Virus record (IMG/VR): IMGVR_UViG_3300010354_000066
Coordinates: 1 to 64,000 of that record
Direction: 5' to 3' (one strand)
DNA from: an uncultured virus (IMG/VR IMGVR_UViG_3300010354_000066)
Lineage: Duplodnaviria; Heunggongvirae; Uroviricota; Caudoviricetes
DNA length: 64,000 bases
Below the pieces are notes generated by a model. It saw only the letters and a list, made by a program, of their open reading frames with translations, was not told the DNA's origin and ran no database searches. The position numbers and the translations under genes were made by a program. The stretch's first letter is position 1. Every line of letters begins with the position of its first letter. Below, in pieces: positions 57,025 through 64,000 of this stretch.

Positions 57025-59165
57025 ATATAGCAACTATACAAAAAAGAAAATTTTTGAACAATATTTATAAGCTATATTATTCTTCTGGATCAAGGCCATC
57101 AGAACAATCTGTTAGATCTATATTTAATTCATATTTTTCTAGATATAAATTTGGACAACCACTTCCAGTAGATTATAACGAAATCAATTTTTCAGAAGTA
57201 GTTGACGCTATGATGCTTAACGAATTAATGATTAATAGTATCTTTAATATGGAAGTTCTATATGATTGTATAAATGAAAACAATTATGAACTTATGTCTA
57301 CAATTACTTCACTTAACAATAAGTTGTCAAACTTAAAGTTAAAAAGAAGAGAACTAGAAGGAAAAGTAGACCAACTACTATTTGCAAATAATAATACTGA
57401 TGGCTTTTTTTATTCATTTGTAGAAAATTTTTCCTCCACAAAAAACATTGACTTAAATCTTACAAGTTCATATATAGACACCCAAATGGGTAACGCATCA
57501 ATACCAAAAATATCATCTGGTGTTTTTGATATGATCAGTTCGTCAATATTAAATATATCTTCAGCAAAATTTTCAGTAGTAGAAAATGGCACAACCGCTG
57601 TTGAGAATAGTCAAATAACTAATTTTGATAACGCTCTTGATGGTTTAACTGACACCTACTGGAGTTATACTCACACCACTTCAAGTCCTTCGATTGTCTC
57701 TATACAAATTAGTATACCAGTCGCATCGAATGCAACTGTATCAAAAATTGAAGGCATCATACTTACTTCATCACCCTGCGGTGTTATCCTAGAGGCAACA
57801 CCGTCAGATATAAATCTTCCAATTCAAACAAAGTTTAAAAATGCTCGCGAAGATTATGATAGATTTTCCTTTGTTTTAAATCCTCTGACATATTCAAGTA
57901 TTAGGCTAACGTTATTTAAAACTTTAGCAGATGAAGTTTCAAATAATTCAAGTAGGCCATACTCGTACTCCTTTGGATTGAGAGATCTATTTATCGGCGC
58001 TAAGTATCACGATAAAAGATCTACAATAGTGTCACAACCAATAACAATACCAACAAAAGATAATAAGTTATTATCAATAGAATCAGTTAGTCTAGAAGTT
58101 GATCATCAAGTTGGATCTGGTTATGAAGTAAACTACTTTGTTGCAGCAGATACACCGGGTGCTTCTGGCATAGAAGGTTTCAACTGGATAGCTATAGATC
58201 CAACAAATGCAAATAATAATGTAAATCCAACAATAGTAAATATTCAATCCACTAATAGAATTTCTAAACTAATATATGATCAAGCAAGTATCGTTGGTGG
58301 CCTAGAATTAATAGATTTGAATACAACATCTCAAAACATAAATGATTTGAATCCAAGTACATCTATTTATTCTGGAAAAACTGTTTATAAGATTTGTAAT
58401 GTTGGAGAAGATGTTATAAATCAACCATTTATTTTAAATGGATTGAATTCATTTAAGAATTATGCAATTGTCAGGTCGTCTAGTATAAATACCGTTGAAA
58501 TATATAAATCACTGAATGTATGGGCGGAATCAGTTTCTGGAGTAACTTCATCTGATGTTCTAGTTTCTTCAACAATAGAAAATCAGTTAGGTTCCATAAG
58601 TCCTGGATTGAATGGTATTTGTTCTGGTTTATTAGATGGAAAAATAATTTGTGATAGAGATATATCAGTTATACACACTGTTTCAAAAAGTAGATCTGAC
58701 TTTAATTTAGGGATCTACTTAAATGAAACTTTGATAGCAGATATTCCATCTGGAACTTTATCTAGAGATATTGAATGGAACTTTAAAACTGGAATTAATT
58801 ATATTAAAATAACTTATGATAAGAATTTTGAAGGTTTAGTATCCTTTAATATTATGTCTGGAAAAAATATATCAGATTATGGAACTTTATTTATTAATTA
58901 TTTTTCATATTTAGATCCATATGAATTTAGACAGCGTGTGTCAGATAATTCTTTTGTATTTACTATAGATAATGTATTTGGATCAAGATATGTTATTTCA
59001 TCCAAGTATCTAGAGGGTAGATCTCAAATAAAGTATTTTAGCGAAATATCAAATCCAATAACAGCTGTAAGGTATAGAGCAGATTTATACAGGGGCAATA
59101 ACCCATTAGTATCTCCATCTATAGACAGTATTAGAGTAAAGTTTAAGCATAACGAAGAAGGTTAG
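57021..59165 (+). CDS. Virion structural protein (paralog 3)
   Basis: Coiled-coil N-terminus; NALDGLTDTYW, YSFGLRDL, IVSQPI; C-terminal VRYRADLYR...SPSIDSIRVKF. Confidence 0.55.
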   Translation: MNIATIQKRKFLNNIYKLYYSSGSRPSEQSVRSIFNSYFSRYKFGQPLPVDYNEINFSEVVDAMMLNELMINSIFNMEVLYDCINENNYELMSTITSLNNKLSNLKLKRRELEGKVDQLLFANNNTDGFFYSFVENFSSTKNIDLNLTSSYIDTQMGNASIPKISSGVFDMISSSILNISSAKFSVVENGTTAVENSQITNFDNALDGLTDTYWSYTHTTSSPSIVSIQISIPVASNATVSKIEGIILTSSPCGVILEATPSDINLPIQTKFKNAREDYDRFSFVLNPLTYSSIRLTLFKTLADEVSNNSSRPYSYSFGLRDLFIGAKYHDKRSTIVSQPITIPTKDNKLLSIESVSLEVDHQVGSGYEVNYFVAADTPGASGIEGFNWIAIDPTNANNNVNPTIVNIQSTNRISKLIYDQASIVGGLELIDLNTTSQNINDLNPSTSIYSGKTVYKICNVGEDVINQPFILNGLNSFKNYAIVRSSSINTVEIYKSLNVWAESVSGVTSSDVLVSSTIENQLGSISPGLNGICSGLLDGKIICDRDISVIHTVSKSRSDFNLGIYLNETLIADIPSGTLSRDIEWNFKTGINYIKITYDKNFEGLVSFNIMSGKNISDYGTLFINYFSYLDPYEFRQRVSDNSFVFTIDNVFGSRYVISSKYLEGRSQIKYFSEISNPITAVRYRADLYRGNNPLVSPSIDSIRVKFKHNEEG

Positions 59166-59166
59166 A

Positions 59167-59559
59167 ATGTCAATAACTTATAGGAAACCGGGTGCTAATC
59201 CGCCCAGAGAACCCTTAATGCAAATAAATAGGCTAAAGTTTAAATCTAATAGAAGTAGCTTATTAGAGAATGTGGAAACAAATGTACTTAAAATAGATTT
59301 TACTAGAATACTAAATGAGTTAAATCAAGTAGATGAATCTATTTTAGATAAATTAAATTATTTTATAGCAAATCTGTCAAATTATACCGAACAAGTTAAG
59401 TTGGAAGATGGAGTGTCTACTGAGATAGATGGAATACAAATATATATAGATGAAGATGGCGCATCACTACAAGACCTACAGATAGATGCCACCGATAAAT
59501 TAAGTGGTAAGTTATCTAGATTATTCAATAAAGTTACCAGATTAGAGAATGGCGAATAA
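59167..59559 (+). CDS. Small coiled-coil virion protein
   Basis: 130 aa; heptad-like segments and RSS..EN motif similar in position to the N-termini of the flanking paralogs. Confidence 0.45.
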   Translation: MSITYRKPGANPPREPLMQINRLKFKSNRSSLLENVETNVLKIDFTRILNELNQVDESILDKLNYFIANLSNYTEQVKLEDGVSTEIDGIQIYIDEDGASLQDLQIDATDKLSGKLSRLFNKVTRLENGE

Positions 59560-60814
59560 CATGGCTGATATAATCAGAACTCAAAAAAGAGATTATAAAT
59601 ATAATGGTCCAGTAGATAGCTCAGACTATAATGCTAGGATAGAAGAAAATTATCAAGATTTAGTATACTTGTATAATAAATCAAACATTGTAGACAATAG
59701 ATTAAGTACCGTTTTTGAACGAGTACTTAAAGATCATATTTATTTAACAAACGCCATAAAAGATCTTGGAGATAGAGTCTCGGCATTAGAACAGGCGAGC
59801 GGATATCTTTCCATACATTCATTCTCTCAATTGGACTATTCAAGTTTTATCTCAACAAGTTTTGCTGTAGCTGGCACAGAGCTGTTAAGCTTTGATCCAA
59901 CCTATAATGTAATATCTTTACCCAGGGTATCCAGTGGGTCATTTTCAAAATTAAAGTTTGGACAAGCTGGAATAGGCCAAATAGTTCCAGACTATTTTAA
60001 GGCAACAATAGACCTATCATACCCTGGAGTTGACACTACTGGCGCAGTCGTAGACACAACGCCAATCTACAATGCAATACTAGATGCCTCAGATAAGGTT
60101 TGGAGAAGAAATGTAATCTCTGAAACAAACCCAACTACTGGTGCGCAAATGATGCTGTACATAAAAATACCTGCTGAGTTAGCTGGATCATTGAAAACAA
60201 ACATGATTAAGCTAAATCCATATCCAGCTTTTGGATGCGATATTTATTCAATAGAATACACAACAAAAGCAAATCCTACACTATCTTCTTCGGATACTTG
60301 GATACCACTAAACAAAAATGCGTACTATGATTCAGATACTTCAGCTGTTGGCAAAGTTGCACCTGGTGGTTGGTACACGGCTGGATCTGATACAGTTAGA
60401 AATTCTGGTCCTTTGTATTTTCTATTTCCAGAAACAGATATAACTGCAATAAGAATAAAGTTTAATCAAAGAAATTATATGACAGAACTAGGTAAGTTTA
60501 TTTATACCTATGGTCTTTCAGATTTAGATATAAGATATGAAAAGTTCCTCCCAACAGGAAGAACAATAATTAAGTATACTCCCGCCTCTGGAGATATTAT
60601 AAATGAAATTACAAATGTAACACCAAAGATATATAATGTTCCCCTGAGTCAAATCGATGATGTTTTTAGTTATCGCATAATATACGACGACAGCGGAACA
60701 TACTCTTTGGAAAACCCCGGTGCAAATAACTATGTTTGGATTGAGGTTACTTTAAATATGGCAAATGACAGTACCCCACCAATTTTGTCAGACTTAATTG
60801 TTGAATATAACTAG
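59549..60814 (+). CDS. Virion structural protein (paralog 4, short)
   Basis: YNGPVDSSDYN then coiled coil; YTYGLSDLDI; C-terminal VWIEVTL...PPILSDLIVEY. Start may be the ATG at 59561. Confidence 0.55.
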   Translation: MANNMADIIRTQKRDYKYNGPVDSSDYNARIEENYQDLVYLYNKSNIVDNRLSTVFERVLKDHIYLTNAIKDLGDRVSALEQASGYLSIHSFSQLDYSSFISTSFAVAGTELLSFDPTYNVISLPRVSSGSFSKLKFGQAGIGQIVPDYFKATIDLSYPGVDTTGAVVDTTPIYNAILDASDKVWRRNVISETNPTTGAQMMLYIKIPAELAGSLKTNMIKLNPYPAFGCDIYSIEYTTKANPTLSSSDTWIPLNKNAYYDSDTSAVGKVAPGGWYTAGSDTVRNSGPLYFLFPETDITAIRIKFNQRNYMTELGKFIYTYGLSDLDIRYEKFLPTGRTIIKYTPASGDIINEITNVTPKIYNVPLSQIDDVFSYRIIYDDSGTYSLENPGANNYVWIEVTLNMANDSTPPILSDLIVEYN

Positions 60815-60834
60815 TTTAAAAATCTTATTTTTAA

Positions 60835-60841
60835 TTACTAT
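60835..60841 (+). promoter_or_regulatory. TTACTAT candidate late-promoter motif
   Basis: Intergenic, about 32 nt upstream of ATG 60874, followed by an AAGGAG RBS. Confidence 0.55.
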
Positions 60842-60873
60842 AACCATACAATATTTTTATAAGGAGAAATAAA

Positions 60874-61499
60874 ATGGCCACTTTTTATGTAGGACCTAGA
60901 CCAGTTCTAAAGGGCAGATCAACTGCGGAAATGGTCAATCCATATACCACAATGACTGGAAAGAGCAAGGGCACAGGCACTTACTCATTCTATCCTTTGT
61001 ATAGCACAAGCCATGTTTTGGACGGTGCACCAGACAATCACTATGTACCAGGTACTGGTCAGCATCCTGGTAATCGTTTCTTTCACAGATATTTGTTGGA
61101 TCTACACTATACATTCATCCACTATCGGGAACTTTTGCTGATGGTACAGCAACTTATGAAGGCGCAAGATTCCGTCCACTAGAGTTTAAGGGATTAACAG
61201 GAGCTAAGGCTTTCCCATCAGACTTTGGTCATGCAGATAGAACAAGTGATTATAGTTATAACAATTATATTTTCGACGGTGTTACATCATCAAATGTTTT
61301 TGCAAACACCGGTCATGGTCAAAGAACTGAAGCAGAGGGAGCTCCTAGTTCATTCGGATTCTTCCAGCCAGCTCGTCATAACGGCGTCACCAGTTCAGTT
61401 GTATTCACAGCTGATTATGGTCAAGCTAATGTAACGAGTGAGTATGGTCGTGAAAAAGTCCAAGAATGGTATGGCGTCCCTTCAGCACAAGCTCTCTGA
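60874..61499 (+). CDS. Gly/Ser/Thr/aromatic-rich protein of about 208 aa interrupted by a -1 frameshift near 61080
   Basis: Frame 1 reads ...HPGNRF. The -1 frame continues LSQIFVGSTLYIHPLSGTFADG...EWYGVPSAQAL to TGA at 61497-61499 with the same composition, whereas the unshifted tail (FHRYLLDLHY...) is atypical. Confidence 0.7.
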
Positions 61500-61752
61500 T
61501 GCCTTCTCCACTCCCCTAATTCTTGATAAACAAGATAGGAAAAGTGGCACCATTGCCTGGGGTGGGTTGGCATTAGGAATTATAGCATACGATATTTATG
61601 CTATAAAGTCTAAAAAGATTGAAACATTAACTAGATCTTTTTGGAGATTAACAGAAAAACCATTATCAGGAAGTATTTTTACAGGAGTGTGGCTAGGTTT
61701 AACATTTCATCTTCTTATAGAGAAGCTGGTTAGAAAAAGTTTTTCAAAGTAA
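61471..61752 (+). CDS. Small two-TM membrane protein
   Basis: AWGGLALGIIAYDI...ETLT...WLGLTFHLL resembles small membrane proteins of actinobacteriophages. ATG 61471 preferred over 61438 (smaller overlap). Confidence 0.55.
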   Translation: MASLQHKLSDAFSTPLILDKQDRKSGTIAWGGLALGIIAYDIYAIKSKKIETLTRSFWRLTEKPLSGSIFTGVWLGLTFHLLIEKLVRKSFSK

Positions 61753-61762
61753 AGGATTATAA

Positions 61763-61963
61763 ATGACAAAATTACACAAAGATATTATCGAAAGAGCAAT
61801 ATGGACAGCAGCTCAGGCGTTTATTGCAGTGTATACTGTAGGTGGTGTTGATGAACTGAAGTCAGCAGCGACTGCAGCAGTAGCAGCAGGCATAAGCGTA
61901 ATAAAGGGTTTTGTGGCTACAAAAGTTGGAAACCCAGAATCTGCAGCTACACTCAAAAGCTAA
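61763..61963 (+). CDS. Holin (r1t-like)
   Basis: 66 aa, AAGGA RBS. KDIIERAIWTAAQAFIA...AAVAAGISVIK matches the ERA.kT.AQ signature of r1t-family holins. Confidence 0.7.
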   Translation: MTKLHKDIIERAIWTAAQAFIAVYTVGGVDELKSAATAAVAAGISVIKGFVATKVGNPESAATLKS

Positions 61964-61983
61964 CAACATTTTCTTCAAGACCA

Positions 61984-61992
61984 TGCTATAAT
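61984..61992 (+). promoter_or_regulatory. Extended -10 promoter element (TGCTATAAT)
   Basis: Perfect TGnTATAAT in the spacer after the holin; no recognisable -35 at 17 nt spacing. Confidence 0.5.
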
Positions 61993-62008
61993 GGTAGCAT
62001 GAGATCTT

Positions 62009-62054
62009 AGAACACAAGTTGCCCCGTCAGAATAGACGGGGTTGCTTGTTTTCT
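62009..62054 (+). terminator. Long hairpin, probable terminator at the end of the structural/lysis module
   Basis: CCCCGTC (62022-62028) pairs with GACGGGG (62035-62041), extendable by ACAAG/CTTGT and AGAA/TTCT. The 3' side is T-rich. Confidence 0.65.
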
Positions 62055-62107
62055 GACACTAGTATACAAGTTTACATAATTTTATCTGAACTTATAAGGG
62101 ATTTACA

Positions 62108-62830
62108 ATGTCTATACAGCAAGCAAAAGAAGTGGTAGATACAAACAATCTATCAATCGCAGTTGCTGAAAAGTATCTAAAGTTATATGTAGCAAATATA
62201 GATTGGTCAGAACACATAGCATCATTGTGGAAGAATTCTACAAATAAATTCAAAAACGAACAAGATGCAAAAAACTATGTTAAGAGAGCTATCGCTTGCG
62301 CAACCCTACTACCATTTGTAGAAAAAACACCAATACCAGAACAGCCAAAAAATTTACTATTCTGGTGTACTGGATGGAAGCAATTCGATCAGCACGACTG
62401 GTTTTCTATGTATGTAGATGTTTTAAAGGAAGATATAAAAATTTCCGAAAATAGAAGTAGCGTTATATCAATTGGCGTAATAGATCCAATAGACATATCA
62501 CCTATTACTAGACAAGCTTTTAACTGGATCTATGGAAAAGCAGAAGATCTAGAAGATTTAGAAAATGTTGATATACCAGATTTAAAAACAAAATTTGCAA
62601 ACTTAGTTAAAGCATATGGCGGAGCAGTTATATGTAACGTATTTATTAATCACAAACTTTATGTAGATAAAGTGTTTAATTGGAGAAGTGGCTATTTCTT
62701 TGAGAAGCAGATACATAAGGTATATAATATAGATCAAATAGTTAAGATTAAGTCAGCAGAATTATTAAAAACAAACAAAAAATATATCAGTAATTTAGGA
62801 GAAAAAAATGCAAAGCAATATTCTTTCTGA
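62108..62830 (+). CDS. Hypothetical helical protein upstream of the ribonucleotide reductase
   Basis: 240-aa ORF with AAGGGA RBS; no family recognised. Confidence 0.55.
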   Translation: MSIQQAKEVVDTNNLSIAVAEKYLKLYVANIDWSEHIASLWKNSTNKFKNEQDAKNYVKRAIACATLLPFVEKTPIPEQPKNLLFWCTGWKQFDQHDWFSMYVDVLKEDIKISENRSSVISIGVIDPIDISPITRQAFNWIYGKAEDLEDLENVDIPDLKTKFANLVKAYGGAVICNVFINHKLYVDKVFNWRSGYFFEKQIHKVYNIDQIVKIKSAELLKTNKKYISNLGEKNAKQYSF

Positions 62831-64000
62831 GGAGTTTGTAAATTCCTACGCAGATAAAATCGCACCATGGGGCTTTAATGGATTGGGAGAAATAGTCTAT
62901 AGAAGAACATATTCTAGAGATATAGAGTCTCTTGGCAGAAAAGAATATTGGCATGAAACAATAGCACGCTGCATAAACGGAGCCCAGGCAATAGGTGCTG
63001 GGTACACTAAGGATGAAGCCGAAAGATTGTTTGATTACATCTTTAATCTAAAGGGCATTTTTGCTGGACGCTGCTTGTGGCAGTTAGGCACTCCGTTAGT
63101 TGAGAAGATGAGTGGGGTTTCGTTAGTAAATTGTTGGATGACAACTATATCTAAGGTAGAAGACTTTCAGTTCTTAATGGACCACTTAATGGTTGGTGGT
63201 GGAGTAGGCTTTACTGTTGAAAGAGCAAACGTGCATGATTTTCCAAAAGTTAAACAAGTAGATAAAATTGAACATATCAAATCAAATGACGCAGACTTTA
63301 TTGTTCCCGATTCTAGAAAAGGCTGGTCATCTCTAATTGGCAGAGTGCTGGATAGCTATTTCTTTACAGGTGAATCATTTAGTTATAGCACAGTTTTAAT
63401 TAGAGGATACGGTGCTCCACTAAAGACATTTGGCGGAACAGCATCCGGACCAGAGGTATTAATTGAGGGCATAAAGAATATATGCGACATACTAGATTCA
63501 AGAATTGGTAAAAAGATTAGATCTATTGACGCGCTTGACATAGCTAATATTATTGGAAAGATTGTAGTTGCAGGGTCAGCTAGAAGATCAGCACAAATAG
63601 CTATAGGTGATCCTGATGACTTTCTTTTCTTAAGAGCAAAGAATTGGGGTAAGGGCGATATTCCAGCATGGCGCGCCAACTCAAATAATTCAATATATGC
63701 GGACTCCTATGAAGAAATTATTGATGAGTTCTGGAAGGGCTACGATGGATCAGGAGAGCCTTATGGTCTTATTAATAGAAATCTCATTCGCAAGAATGGT
63801 CGCTTAGGAGAAAAGGCAAACGATAGCAAGGTTATTGGAACAAATCCTTGTGGAGAAATTGGATTAGAGGATGGCGAACCATGCAATCTAGCGGAGATAT
63901 TCCTTCCTAATATATCTTCAAAAGAAGAATTATTAGATCTTAGCAAGCTTTTGTACAAGACTCAAAAGGCTATAACAACCCTATCTTATCCGTATAAAAA
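62808..64000 (+). CDS. nrdJ: Class II (adenosylcobalamin-dependent, RTPR-type) ribonucleotide reductase, 3'-truncated; missing from the ORF track
   Basis: ATG 62808 with AGGAG RBS. Translates MQSNILSEEF...PWGFNGLGEIVYRRTYSR...AGRCLWQLG...LVNCW...GGGVGF...VVAGSARRSAQI...RANSNNS...GEPY...GTNPCGEI.L...EPCNL (catalytic NPCxE at 63843-63857). Open to the window end. Confidence 0.9.
   Translation, partial: MQSNILSEEFVNSYADKIAPWGFNGLGEIVYRRTYSRDIESLGRKEYWHETIARCINGAQAIGAGYTKDEAERLFDYIFNLKGIFAGRCLWQLGTPLVEKMSGVSLVNCWMTTISKVEDFQFLMDHLMVGGGVGFTVERANVHDFPKVKQVDKIEHIKSNDADFIVPDSRKGWSSLIGRVLDSYFFTGESFSYSTVLIRGYGAPLKTFGGTASGPEVLIEGIKNICDILDSRIGKKIRSIDALDIANIIGKIVVAGSARRSAQIAIGDPDDFLFLRAKNWGKGDIPAWRANSNNSIYADSYEEIIDEFWKGYDGSGEPYGLINRNLIRKNGRLGEKANDSKVIGTNPCGEIGLEDGEPCNLAEIFLPNISSKEELLDLSKLLYKTQKAITTLSYPYK

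Noticed and set aside
11748..58966. Gene-internal TTACTAT copies as promoters
   Set aside because: Their number is compatible with chance in AT-rich DNA and they are 200 nt or more from the next start, so they were not called individually.
61225..61434. 69-aa plus-strand ORF (MVMQIEQ...)
   Set aside because: Off-frame overlap with the -1 continuation of the 60874 gene, which has much more protein-like composition.
61964..62107. Cobalamin riboswitch ahead of the nrdJ operon
   Set aside because: Spacer is only 144 nt, has one simple hairpin and I see no B12-box or conserved core.
3074..63958. The many short minus-strand ORFs in the track (60-134 aa)
   Set aside because: All lie opposite long, well-supported plus-strand genes and read as antisense shadows; no recognisable domains.
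1..64000. Alternative genetic code (stop-codon reassignment) as in some large phages
   Set aside because: Standard code gives near-complete coding density with ORFs up to 3751 aa, and TAA, TAG and TGA all end genes.
62808..64000. Intein or intron in the ribonucleotide reductase
   Set aside because: The visible part reads continuously through the N-terminal Cys and NPCGE motifs with normal spacing.
1..64000. CRISPR arrays, tRNA/rRNA genes, IS elements or integrase
   Set aside because: Intergenic spacers are all under 150 nt and show no repeat-spacer or cloverleaf pattern; no transposase or recombinase motifs recognised.

Overview
The window is a nearly gap-free, all plus-strand virion morphogenesis module of a large, AT-rich, contractile-tailed (myovirus-like) phage. 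Gene order: 5'-truncated major capsid protein, head decoration/fibre genes, neck, two sheath-like proteins, three tail-tube paralogs, two chaperone paralogs, a 2220-aa tape-measure-like protein, a 1557-aa protein, a 3751-aa hub fusion, a dual peptidoglycan hydrolase, spike/wedge baseplate genes, four paralogous peripheral baseplate proteins, a frameshifted gene, a membrane protein and a holin. It ends with a hypothetical gene and a 3'-truncated class II ribonucleotide reductase. Holin, membrane-protein and hydrolase types hint at an actinobacterial host (inference). Main hunt results: (1) the 1557-aa protein after the tape measure carries most motifs of a single-subunit two-barrel RNA polymerase in the expected order, but with an atypical DLDD loop and the RxP motif placed after it; (2) an Ala-Thr-Pro tripeptide is strongly enriched in outer virion proteins and absent from the internal ones, a candidate modification sequon; (3) the giant hub carries a thermonuclease domain, an RlpA-like barrel and glycine-rich hydrophobic hairpins; (4) a TTACTAT candidate phage promoter precedes several structural genes, while a sigma70-type promoter precedes the chaperone/tape measure/polymerase block. 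All family assignments come from motifs read by eye; no database search was run.
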